From an uncultured Gemmatimonadaceae bacterium (lineage in GTDB: Bacteria > Gemmatimonadota > Gemmatimonadetes > Gemmatimonadales > Gemmatimonadaceae): DNA of 64,000 nt. This document shows positions 39,316-48,188 of the stretch, one piece after another; positions within the stretch are counted from its first letter, which is position 1, and every line of letters starts with the position of its first letter. The translations under genes were made by a program, and so were the position numbers. The stretch spans positions 288,001 through 352,000 of the forward strand of contig CAVXGK010000001.1 in the NCBI GenBank assembly GCA_963761305.1. The letters are read 5' to 3'. The notes under the pieces are model-generated. The model was not told the DNA's origin, searched no databases, and was given only the letters and a program-made list of their open reading frames with translations.

Positions 39316-39654
39316 ATGCTGGATCTGGCCAGGACGATTCGCTTCGCGATCCCCACGGTCGTCGCGCGCGCGCTTCCCGTCTGGGACTTGTCGGCGCGGG
39401 CGCGAGTGGACGGCGACCTGGGCGCGCGTCTCGAGTACTTCGAGTATCGATATCCGCGGCGTGAGGTCGTCCTCACGTGCGCCGCGCCGATGGCGCACTT
39501 CGTTCTTCGCGAGCTGCGCGCCCTCGCCGACCGCGAGTCGACGCAGGACCGAAAAGGGCTGGCCATGGCGACGACCATGGCGATCGCTGCCGCGGAGCAG
39601 GCGATCGCCGGGACGCTCGAGACGCCGGCGAGCGTTTCACCGAGCCGACTCTAG
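39316..39654 (+). CDS. Hypothetical protein
   Basis: 112-aa ORF with GC3-rich codon pattern; no motif recognised. Confidence 0.55.
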   Translation: MLDLARTIRFAIPTVVARALPVWDLSARARVDGDLGARLEYFEYRYPRREVVLTCAAPMAHFVLRELRALADRESTQDRKGLAMATTMAIAAAEQAIAGTLETPASVSPSRL

Positions 39655-39956
39655 AATCCAATCATTCTAGAACGGAAAACGCCGGCGGCGCCTCTCTTCG
39701 CCACCCTTGTCGCTGATTGCGCATAGGTTCCTGATGTGGTGTGGGTGGGTGGGGGTGCGACCTGATCCATGGCAAGCGCAGGACCGCACGTTTGCCGCGC
39801 GCCTCAACGCCCCGGTCCACAACACGTTGCATCAGTTCGTCATCTGATTCTCAGACGCTTTTCCTCGTGCGACTTGCAAACCCGTCACGCACTTCGCAGC
39901 CCGCGCGCGCGACACTCGCGATTTGCCAGTCTGTTGCGGCTCTCAATCGAGCCACT

Positions 39957-40835
39957 TCACTCGCCAAGGTGCGCCTGAAAGTCGCATTGCGCCGTTGCTC
40001 CCGGGGCTGAGCATTCGCGGGCCCTCGCCAGCGCCGCGTCGATGCTCCGGAACCCGATGTCCGGACTCGGCGCCTCGACGTGGCGCCAATCCCACGACCG
40101 ATCCGGCGTGCCGAGAATTCGAAACTCACCGTCGTTGTAGCCTGCAACCCATCGTCGGAAGGCGACCCACTGTTGCCGCGTCGCCGGCCGCTTGAGCCGC
40201 GCGTCGCCGATCACCACGTCGACCGCGCGGCCGTAGGAGTGGAGCGACGTGAGCGTATACGTGCGGTGCCCCTGCCGCATGAGGTACGCCTCGCGCACCG
40301 GCGACCGGTAGGTCGCCACGACCTGTGGCGCGAAGCCGGCCGCTCTCGCGTCGGCGAGCATCCGCTCGAAATCACCTCGCACCGCCGGGTCGAGTACCGA
40401 CAACGACGTGCTCCCCACGTGCGCCGAATCGGGAAACGCGCGCAACGACGTCGACATCACGCGCCGCTCGGCCTGCTCCCACGATTCCCCCGGGCGCCGT
40501 ACCGATTCGAATCCGACGCGGTAGGAATTCACCAGACACTGCACGCACGTCTTGAGCTTGGTGTCGTACTTGAGCACGCCCTCATCAGTGTCGTCGGAGA
40601 GGTACAGGTGCGACGGGTCCTCGATACCGTAGACCCGTCGCAGGAGCGCACGCTCGTCCGGCGTAAATTGGCGGGTCGTGTACACCGGCAGGCGTTCGCC
40701 GGAGTCGGCTTCCGCGAGTTCCCCGTGCGCAACTCGCGCTTTCGACGCCGGCGATCCTCCGCAGTAGAGCGCGGCGGCCGCCAGCCCGAAGTACACGACG
40801 ACGCGCTGCAGTACCTTCGTCAGCGCGGGTGTCAT
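39957..40835 (-). CDS. Exported M15-family (L-Ala-D-Glu or D,D-) metallopeptidase-like protein
   Basis: TYRSPVRE, SLHSYGRAVD (SxHxxGxAxD), WDWRHVE (DxxH); N-terminal hydrophobic leader. Confidence 0.78.
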   Translation of the reverse strand: MTPALTKVLQRVVVYFGLAAAALYCGGSPASKARVAHGELAEADSGERLPVYTTRQFTPDERALLRRVYGIEDPSHLYLSDDTDEGVLKYDTKLKTCVQCLVNSYRVGFESVRRPGESWEQAERRVMSTSLRAFPDSAHVGSTSLSVLDPAVRGDFERMLADARAAGFAPQVVATYRSPVREAYLMRQGHRTYTLTSLHSYGRAVDVVIGDARLKRPATRQQWVAFRRWVAGYNDGEFRILGTPDRSWDWRHVEAPSPDIGFRSIDAALARARECSAPGATAQCDFQAHLGE

Positions 40836-40917
40836 GCTGAGAGATAAGGCAAGGACGGGACCGACAGAGAGCCTCGATTGGGCCGCCGCCCGCCCCCGCT
40901 CTACTACTATAGAATCT

Positions 40918-40944
40918 GTCCACCCGTCCACCCGTCCACCCGTC
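40918..40944 (+). repeat. (GTCCACCC)x3 tandem repeat in 5' leader
   Basis: Three exact units between TAGAAT (40910-40915) and the ATG at 40948. Confidence 0.85.
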
Positions 40945-40947
40945 TTC

Positions 40948-41406
40948 ATGTACTACGCAGTCGTCGCGTGTCTCATGTTCCTCTTTCCCGCCGCGTCGAT
41001 CGCCGCGGAGGCGACGATGTACGGCGTGACGTTCGATTTTCCACTCATCGGCAGGTGGTTCGTGCTCTGGTCGGTCGGCGTGAGACTCGCGCTCGCTGGT
41101 CTTCGTCAGATCGTCCAGCCCATGTACACGGCGAGGGTGATCCTCGGCGTCCACGGCGAGGACTCCCTCATCCTCGTCCGCGAGCTCGGCTTCGCCAATC
41201 TGGCCATCGGCGCGATTGGATTGGTCAGCTTCCTTCGTCCGGAGTGGCAGCTGGCCGGTGCGCTCGCCGGCGGAATCTTTTACGTGCTCGCCGGCGTGAA
41301 TCACCTCGTGCGTCGAGGGCGCAATCGCCTCGAGAACGTCGCGATGGTCTCCGACCTCTTCGTTGGACTCATCCTTCTCGTGGTCTGCGTGTCCTCCCTG
41401 TTTTGA
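40948..41406 (+). CDS. Small multi-pass membrane protein (DUF6790-like)
   Basis: GRWFVLWSVGVRL.LAGLRQ, VRELGFANLAIG, ENVAMVSDL. Confidence 0.78.
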   Translation: MYYAVVACLMFLFPAASIAAEATMYGVTFDFPLIGRWFVLWSVGVRLALAGLRQIVQPMYTARVILGVHGEDSLILVRELGFANLAIGAIGLVSFLRPEWQLAGALAGGIFYVLAGVNHLVRRGRNRLENVAMVSDLFVGLILLVVCVSSLF

Positions 41407-41700
41407 GATTCCGATTCGCCTGAGCGGAGGCGAGCTTGTCATCGTCCGCGCAACTCGGTGGCACGTGGAACTAGCCGCGCCCGACCCATGCGCTGGCCTG
41501 GAAAGAGATCGACTGGGAATCACCGCAGTCGTCCACAACTTGCTCGATAGCCACGCGCCGTACTTCGGGGCGTTCAACGTGAATCGGCAACCCGGCGAGC
41601 TCGAGCGTTTCCCCACCTCTTTGGGGCGCGGAGCGTGCGACTCACCCTTCGACGACCACTCGGCGCATCCGAAGACGGCCGACGCTAGCAGGTGGCCGGT

Positions 41701-41755
41701 TGGGACCAAAGGCCAATGGTCTGCCGATTGCACGCCCGTAGCGTCAGAGTATCAT
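41701..41755 (+). promoter_or_regulatory. Palindromic box plus sigma-70-like promoter
   Basis: TGGGACCAAAGGCCAA (41701-41716) followed by TTGCAC-16 nt-TATCAT (41728-41755). Confidence 0.55.
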
Positions 41756-41774
41756 CTTCGGCATCGAGCAGAGC

Positions 41775-42137
41775 ATGAGCGTCAATGATCGTGAGGCGCT
41801 GCGAGCGACTGCGAGCGGCGCTCGTGAGCAGGCCGAGCGGCTCGCGGCCCGCGCACTGATTCGCGGAACGATCGTCCGCCCGCGAACCGCAACCGTCTCG
41901 GACGGGGCCGACGACGCAAGTCGTTTGCGGGTCGATCTGCACAGCCAGGTGTCGCTGTACGCACGGTCGCTCCGCCAGCTTGGTGAACCGCCCGAGCGAA
42001 TGGTCGTGCAGGTCCGGAAGCTGGCTGACGACGCGGCCATTCGCGCGCACGACGACGCGCAGTCCGACGTCGCCGATCACTTCGAGTTGCGCGACGCCGT
42101 GGTCAGCTGGGCGATTGGATCGTACTACGGCCTGTAG
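41775..42137 (+). CDS. Hypothetical protein (C-terminal PPE.M...V...VV.WAI..YY motif)
   Basis: 120-aa ORF with promoter-like signals upstream. Confidence 0.7.
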   Translation: MSVNDREALRATASGAREQAERLAARALIRGTIVRPRTATVSDGADDASRLRVDLHSQVSLYARSLRQLGEPPERMVVQVRKLADDAAIRAHDDAQSDVADHFELRDAVVSWAIGSYYGL

Positions 42138-42211
42138 CCGATAACCTCGGCGCGTCTTCGTAAGCCGGTCCAGCCTGGCAATTCCGCTCCGACTCCGCCA
42201 GGATTGCACGC

Positions 42212-42487
42212 ATGAAATACGTGCTTTTCTACGAGTCGACGCCGGATTTTCGGTCGAGGGTGCCGCAGCACATCGAGGCGCATCGCGCCCTCTGGCGCGC
42301 GTACTCGGCGGACGGACGCCTGTTGATGATCGGTCCGTTCACCGACGAGCCGGCAGGGAGCGCCCTCGGCGTGTTTACCACGCGTGCGGATGCCGAACAG
42401 TTCGTTCGCGATGATCCGTTCGTGACAAGCGGCCTTGTCGCGCGATGGACCATTCGTGAGTGGGCCGAGGCGCTTTCACCGGGCTGA
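42212..42487 (+). CDS. YciI-family protein
   Basis: H...W, GRLLMIGPF, F...DPFVTSGLV..WTIREW. Confidence 0.88.
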   Translation: MKYVLFYESTPDFRSRVPQHIEAHRALWRAYSADGRLLMIGPFTDEPAGSALGVFTTRADAEQFVRDDPFVTSGLVARWTIREWAEALSPG

Positions 42488-42585
42488 TTCGGCCTTCGTC
42501 CCGCCAAGTCAGGACAGGCGTTTCAGAATGGCAGGCGTCGGAAATGCGCGTGTGGCGCGTGTAGCGACTCACGCGTGAGGTTGCC

Positions 42586-43226
42586 ATGCGCACGTTCATG
42601 ACCGTCTCGGCTCTGACCGCCCTGGCTGCCGCCGCGCCGTGTGTCGCGGCGCAGAGTGCGGCCGGATCGATCGGGCCGCCGCTCGCCATTTCGATCAGGG
42701 GCATGACGCTCCACCAGGACATGCGCCGTCTCTGGTCGACCACGTCGTCTGGACTCGCATGTACATCGTCGGCGCCGTGAGCGAGGACGGCAGCGCACAG
42801 GTCGCGCTCGACCGCCTCATGCACAACCAGGAAGACATCGGCACCGCGATGCGTCCGTTCTACGGAGAGGCCGCCGCGGCGCAGCTCACCACGCTCCTCA
42901 AACAGCACATCAGCCTCGCCGGCCAGCTCCTCGCCGCCGCCAAAGCGGGCGACGCGGCCAAGCAAGCCGAGGCCGACCGCCGATGGCACGAGAACGCTGC
43001 GACGATCGCGAATCTTCTCGCGACAGCGAATCCCAACTGGCAGCGCCAGACCGTGCTCGACATGCTGAACAAGCACCTCGCACTGACCGCGCAGGAGGCG
43101 ACGGATCGCCTGCAGAAAAACTGGACCGACGACCAAACCACCTTCGACGCCGTCTACTCGCAGGCGATGGACATGGCTGACATGCTGTCCGACGGTTTGA
43201 TCAAACAGTTCCCGTCCAAGGCGTGA
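42586..43226 (+). pseudogene. Secreted helical-bundle protein split by a single-base deletion near 42737 (or a sequencing error)
   Basis: Frame 1: signal peptide...LHQDMRRLWS; second frame continues DHVVWTRMYI...RLMHNQEDIG...LSDGLIKQFP; restoring one base (TCG GAC) joins them. Confidence 0.8.
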
Positions 43227-43229
43227 GGC

Positions 43230-43931
43230 GTGGATTCCACTCGGACGATTCCGGAGCGACCAGTGGCCGACCAACTTCGACAGCCAGTGCACATCGACGT
43301 TCTGAGCGCGTCGCTTCGCCGTGGTTCGCTCAACGAGTGCTTGGCCAAGCTGGCGGCGACGGCGATTCAGGATAAGGGCGCGACCGTCGAACGGGCCATC
43401 CTGTGCGACTTCGATTGCCCATCGTACGACTTCGACGTCGAGCAGGAATCCGGTGTTCCCGAACCGGCGGCGCGCTTCTGCCGGTGGCTCGAATCGGCCA
43501 ACGCTTTCGTAATCGTGTCGCCCGAGTACAACGCCTCGGTGCCCGGTGGGCTCAAGAACCTCATCGACTGGGCCTCGCGCGTTCGTCCCCAGCCGTTCAA
43601 CGGCAAGCAGTGTTTGCTCATGTCCGCGTCGCCGTCGATGGGCGGCGGCAACCGCGGACTCTGGTCACTCCGCGTCCCACTCGAGCACCTCGGCACGAGA
43701 GTCTACCCGGACATGTATTCGCTGGCGCAGGCGCACGAGGCGTTCACCGTCGACGGCCTGATCGCCAACGATTTGCTCCAGAAGCGATTGAGCGACACGA
43801 TCGCCTGTTTTCTCGACCTCGTCGAGGCAGCCACGCACTATCACACGCTCAAGAAGCAGTGGGTCGAGTTCCTCGGCGAAAAACCGGACGCCGCGACCGA
43901 TCGCGTCGAGCTCCACGACACCGCGGCGTGA
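43230..43931 (+). CDS. NADPH-dependent FMN reductase family
   Basis: SASLRRGSLN, SPEYNASVPGGLKNLIDWASR, SASPSMGGGNRG. Confidence 0.9.
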   Translation: MDSTRTIPERPVADQLRQPVHIDVLSASLRRGSLNECLAKLAATAIQDKGATVERAILCDFDCPSYDFDVEQESGVPEPAARFCRWLESANAFVIVSPEYNASVPGGLKNLIDWASRVRPQPFNGKQCLLMSASPSMGGGNRGLWSLRVPLEHLGTRVYPDMYSLAQAHEAFTVDGLIANDLLQKRLSDTIACFLDLVEAATHYHTLKKQWVEFLGEKPDAATDRVELHDTAA

Positions 43932-43943
43932 CTATCGGCGGTG

Positions 43944-44255
43944 TTACGCGTGGGCGATCACGTGCAACCCGAAGGTCGGCATCGGCTCGAACCCAACCTC
44001 GTCCACGTAGCAGTATCCCCAGTCCTCACCCGGCTCGAAGCTCCGGATGACCGGATGCTTCGTGCTGCGAAAATGCTTCGTCGCGTGGCGATTTGGAGAT
44101 TCATCACAGCACCCGACGTGACCACACGTCAGGCACAGACGCAAATGTACCCAGTCGTCGCCGGATGCGAGGCACTCCTCGCAGCCTGTCGGCGTACGCG
44201 GCTCCTTGGCATGGAGTCCTTCGAGATGGTTGCAGTGCGGCGCGGCAGCGGGCAT
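43944..44255 (-). CDS. Stand-alone UBP-type zinc finger protein
   Basis: CNHL, GCEECL..GDDWVHLRLCLTCGHVGCCDESPNRHATKHF, WGYCYVD; AGGAG RBS. Confidence 0.92.
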   Translation of the reverse strand: MPAAAPHCNHLEGLHAKEPRTPTGCEECLASGDDWVHLRLCLTCGHVGCCDESPNRHATKHFRSTKHPVIRSFEPGEDWGYCYVDEVGFEPMPTFGLHVIAHA

Positions 44256-44319
44256 GGTGATCTCCTGTAGCTCTCACGCTGACGCATCGGCGCGGAACGC
44301 GCAAGCGCCGGCTCGACTG

Positions 44320-45168
44320 TCAGCACCCGTCTTGTCGAAGCCAGTTCGGCGATAGCGTCGCCGGCGTCACGCGCTCGAGGCGGCCGTGCCACGACGACCA
44401 GATCGACGCGCTCTCGGGGCCGAGCGGATCCTCGGCTGTCGCCTCGCTCGCCTCGCCGCGCCAGAGCGCGCGCACCGCGTCGACGCCCCTTCGATGTTGG
44501 AAGAAGTCGACGAGGCTCGCCGCCGAGAAATAGGCCGGGAGTTCGGGAAGCGAATCGAACGTCGCGCTCGTCAGCGCCGCCATCGACGGCGCCGTTCCGC
44601 TCTTCAGGTAACCGGCCGCGATCGCATCGATCGCGTGCCCCTGACAGATCACCGTCGCGCGCGTCGCCAGCCCTTCATCCAACCACGATCCCGCGCGCCG
44701 CCGCCCCCATCGGTGCGCGACGTACGTATGCGTCATCTCGTGGCGATAGAACGGGCGGTACCCGTCGCCGGCGACGAGCACCGCCGTCAGCTCACTCGGA
44801 TATCCGGTCCCGGTGACCGGGTCGCCGAGCAAGCGGCGCATGTCTTCGCGCGTCTCGACCAGGAACAGCTCGAGAGGGTCCTCCTCGGGCAACTCGGGTT
44901 CGTCGACAAGCGCCAGCACGACCCGACGCGCGTTCTCGACCGAATCCGCGATGACGTCGATCCGCGCCGCATTCATGGTGCTCGAAAGGTGAATCCGCAC
45001 GTGCGTCGTCTGGAACGACGTCCACGAGAAACCCTTCGCCGCCAGCAGTTGCCGCGCGATCGCGCCCGTCGTTTCCACCGGGGTCGATGGAATTCGTTCG
45101 GGTCGCTCCTGCGACGTCTTCCCGCACGCGGCGAAGACTAGAAACGCGAGCCAGATCGTCCGGCGCAC
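44320..45168 (-). CDS. Lipoprotein with gluzincin-type (peptidase MA-like) HExxH...E motif
   Basis: Lipobox FAAC; RHEMTH...WLDEGLAT. Confidence 0.75.
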   Translation of the reverse strand: MRRTIWLAFLVFAACGKTSQERPERIPSTPVETTGAIARQLLAAKGFSWTSFQTTHVRIHLSSTMNAARIDVIADSVENARRVVLALVDEPELPEEDPLELFLVETREDMRRLLGDPVTGTGYPSELTAVLVAGDGYRPFYRHEMTHTYVAHRWGRRRAGSWLDEGLATRATVICQGHAIDAIAAGYLKSGTAPSMAALTSATFDSLPELPAYFSAASLVDFFQHRRGVDAVRALWRGEASEATAEDPLGPESASIWSSWHGRLERVTPATLSPNWLRQDGC

Positions 45169-45194
45169 TCATAGGTCACGGCCTGTTCAAGGCG

Positions 45195-45794
45195 TCAGAG
45201 CCGCGCCACCACAGTTGGCGTGTCCACCAAATGCTCGGCGACGAACCACACCTGCAGCTCGTTCGTCCGCAGCACGTTCGAGATCAGAATGTCGTTCGAC
45301 GAATCGTCGCCGAGCTCGGCGGACCGCGCCGCGCTCTCGCGCGCTTCCTGAATGATCATTTCGTGCGCCTCGAGCAGGCGCGACAACATCGCCGGCACTT
45401 CCTCGGCGCCGTCCGGCGGCCGTGGAATGGTCGTCATCTCGGCGACGTGCCGTCCATCGCCGACCGCGATCGCACCCAGCGTCTGAATTCGCTCGGCCAC
45501 AGTGTCGATCAGGTGCTCCTGCTCCTCGGCGTGCTTGTCCATGAGCAGGTGCAGCTGGTAGAACGTGCGGCCGCGCATGAGCCAGTGCGTTTTCTTGTAG
45601 AGATCGTACAGGACGCGGGTGTCGGCGAGTACCTGGTTGAGACGGCGCGCCATTTCGGCGCGCACGTCGGACGAGAGACCGATCGGCATGTTCGCCAACT
45701 GGTCGAATCGCTGCACTTCGCGACTGTGCTGATGAAGTCGGGGTTGGGATTCGCCGTCCGCAGGTCGGACTCGGGCGAACGCTCGCTTGGCCAT
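45195..45794 (-). CDS. dps: Dps DNA-protecting mini-ferritin
   Basis: LNQVLAD...LYKKTHW.MRGRTFYQLHLLMD, DTVAERIQTLG, WFVAEH. Confidence 0.92.
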   Translation of the reverse strand: MAKRAFARVRPADGESQPRLHQHSREVQRFDQLANMPIGLSSDVRAEMARRLNQVLADTRVLYDLYKKTHWLMRGRTFYQLHLLMDKHAEEQEHLIDTVAERIQTLGAIAVGDGRHVAEMTTIPRPPDGAEEVPAMLSRLLEAHEMIIQEARESAARSAELGDDSSNDILISNVLRTNELQVWFVAEHLVDTPTVVARL

Positions 45795-46090
45795 GAGAGC
45801 TCACTCGGCTGAGGGTGACCGCCTACCCTACTGCAAGTCGCGGCCCCGCCCGCCCGGGCGGCCTCGTCCAGTTGTTCTCGTGGCTTTATACAATGCTCAT
45901 TACCTGCGGCGTGGCTCCGCCGCACCGGGCGATGGCGCCTGACGCGCCTTCCGGACGATGACCCCGGCCCCGCGCCGTTCGCCGCGACAGCCCGTTACTC
46001 ACTTTTCACACGGGTTTTCGCCGACACTGCACGCCCCTTGCAATTCCGGCTCCCTCACACACGGCGCACGCACGTTGGGGGGAGCCGGAC

Positions 46091-46621
46091 ATGGATCTGG
46101 ATGAACTGCGAAAGCTCTACATAGACGAACTCAACGACCTCTACAGTGCTGAAAAGCAGATCGTAAGGGAGTTGCCCGGACTTGCTAAGACGGCCCGCGA
46201 CGCCGACTTAGGCAAAACCATTGACGATCACGTCGCCGAATCGGAACTCCATATCGGACGGCTCGAGCACATCTTCAACACCCTCGGGGTGACGCCCAGC
46301 GGCGACAAGAGCCGCGGGATCGAATGGCTGATGGTCGAAGGCAGCGAGCTCTTGGAGCAAGACGCGGACGCCGAGCTCATCGACGCCGGCATCATCACGC
46401 GGGCACAGCACGTCGAACGTTATGAGATTGCCGGCTATGGGACCGTTCGCGCCTACGCGCTCATGCTCGGCGAGACCGAGCATGCCGAACGCCTCGGCGA
46501 GACGTTGGCGGAAGAGCAGCGGGCCGACGAGCGGTTCACGCAACTGGCCGAGCGCCTGCACCGATACCGTTCGCTGTCGTCCTGGGGCGAGGCCTCCACT
46601 GGCCTCAACGCCTCGCGCTGA
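46091..46621 (+). CDS. YciE/YciF (DUF892) ferritin-like protein
   Basis: LYIDELNDLYSAEKQI, H..E...HI.RLE.IF, AQHVERYEIAGYGT, TLAEE...DE; GGAG RBS. Confidence 0.9.
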   Translation: MDLDELRKLYIDELNDLYSAEKQIVRELPGLAKTARDADLGKTIDDHVAESELHIGRLEHIFNTLGVTPSGDKSRGIEWLMVEGSELLEQDADAELIDAGIITRAQHVERYEIAGYGTVRAYALMLGETEHAERLGETLAEEQRADERFTQLAERLHRYRSLSSWGEASTGLNASR

Positions 46622-46876
46622 TCGCGAGACACCGGCGCTCATGCCACTTTTAGCATGAGTGCCCCCTGCCCCACCCAGGTGTACGAGGTCTCCGCACTCC
46701 GTCGCCGCACCCCGCACCGGGCGGCCTGATAGGGATCGCTGAACGGGAGGGACTCTCGGCGTCAGCAACAGCATCAGCAACGGAATACAGCCGGGAAGTG
46801 TTTGGCGGAACTACGTGGGGGAATGCCGAAGGCGGCTACCGGGCAGTTAGCTTCGACGATTCCTCCCCGGACAGCT

Positions 46877-47227
46877 ATGAACCCAACGATCGCTCGCACC
46901 TGCCTTCTGCTCGCCGGCTCGAACGTGTTCATGACCTTCGCCTGGTACGCCCATCTCCGAAACCTCGGAACGCGTCCGCTATTGGTCGCCATTCTTGCGA
47001 GCTGGGGCCTGGCCTTCTTCGAGTACACGCTTCAGGTACCGGCCAACCGAATCGGCTTCGGCGTGATGTCCCTCGGCCAACTCAAGATCCTGCAAGAGGT
47101 GATCACGCTGACCGTCTTCGTCCCATTCGCCGTCCTCTACATGCGCCAGCCGCTGAAGCTCGATTTCCTCTGGGCGGCCCTCTGCATGCTGGGTGCTGTC
47201 TTCTTCGTTTTTCGAGGAGGCCGATAG
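46877..47227 (+). CDS. DMT-family small membrane protein (DUF486)
   Basis: SNVFMTFAWYAHL, SWGLAFFEY.LQVPANRIG, QLKILQEVITL. Confidence 0.9.
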   Translation: MNPTIARTCLLLAGSNVFMTFAWYAHLRNLGTRPLLVAILASWGLAFFEYTLQVPANRIGFGVMSLGQLKILQEVITLTVFVPFAVLYMRQPLKLDFLWAALCMLGAVFFVFRGGR

Positions 47228-47279
47228 AGGAAACGTGCGCGCGGTGACGCTTCTCGCCGGATGGCAGTTACGCGGTCAG

Positions 47280-47621
47280 ATGCGTCGCCTTCTTGTAGCC
47301 AGCTTCGCCCTCATTGGGTGTCGCGACACCATGTGCGTTCACCCGCCTTGCCCAGATCTCGTGGCGATCGAGTTGACGGTCACCTCGGCGGCGACGGGCG
47401 CGCCGGTCGTCGCGACCGTGTTGGTCTCCGGTCGGCCGGCCTTTCAATGCGACGGAGCGTGTGAGATATCAGGAACCTCGGGAGCCTACGTCCTCGACAT
47501 CACCGCCCCCGGGTTCACAGAGGTAACTCGCTCGGTTCAGGTTCAAGGAACGAACCGCGATTGTGGATGTTCGTCGGTCCAGACGCAGAACGTGACGATC
47601 GCACTCGCGTCGGCCGGCTAG
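47280..47621 (+). CDS. Small Cys-rich lipoprotein (beta-sandwich, carboxypeptidase-regulatory-like)
   Basis: Lipobox LIGC; GAYVLDITAPGF. Confidence 0.65.
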   Translation: MRRLLVASFALIGCRDTMCVHPPCPDLVAIELTVTSAATGAPVVATVLVSGRPAFQCDGACEISGTSGAYVLDITAPGFTEVTRSVQVQGTNRDCGCSSVQTQNVTIALASAG

Positions 47622-47735
47622 CCCGCCGGGATTCCGCCGGGGCTCGATTCGTCGTTCCGACGTCTAGGGAGCTTACCGCAGCGGTGAAAAACGGCCGAGT
47701 CGACGTGCGAGTAGCGGTGACAGCCCCACGAGCGT

Positions 47736-48188
47736 CTACTCCAGTCGAATCCGTGACGGGAGTACGAACCAAAACGAGCCGAAAATCGTCACCGCGACCA
47801 CCGCGAGAAGGACACTCGCGACCGTATCGTGCGTGATGATGCGCGCCACGAGGTAGATGTCGCACGACAGTCCGATGGCGAGGGGCGGCATGCTCCACAT
47901 GAGCAGCATCGACGAGATTCGGATGAATCGGCGCGAAACGCTCTGTGGTTCTCGCAGTCGATGGAGCGCGGCCGGCGTCATCACCAGCGCGATGGCGACC
48001 ACCACGCAGACGACCGCGGCCAAGTGCAGACCCTGCTCGGCGGACGAGAGTGCTGCGAACGGCGGTTGAAACACCGCGATCAGCTGAAACCCCAACAGCG
48101 TCTGAATGCCGGGAAGTACCATGCGGCATTCGTTGAGGAGCTGTGACGACGCCTCGCTCAGCGACAGCGCCGCGACGTCGTCCGTCAC
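47736..48188 (-). CDS. DUF6328-family membrane protein
   Basis: LLNECRMVLPGIQTLLGFQLIAVFQ..F, MTPAALHR, FWFVLP. Confidence 0.85.
   Translation of the reverse strand: MTDDVAALSLSEASSQLLNECRMVLPGIQTLLGFQLIAVFQPPFAALSSAEQGLHLAAVVCVVVAIALVMTPAALHRLREPQSVSRRFIRISSMLLMWSMPPLAIGLSCDIYLVARIITHDTVASVLLAVVAVTIFGSFWFVLPSRIRLE

Noticed and set aside
41363..41788. 141-aa ORF in the gap after the DUF6790-like gene
   Set aside because: No good start or RBS, overlaps both neighbours and spans a promoter-like region; no recognisable motif.
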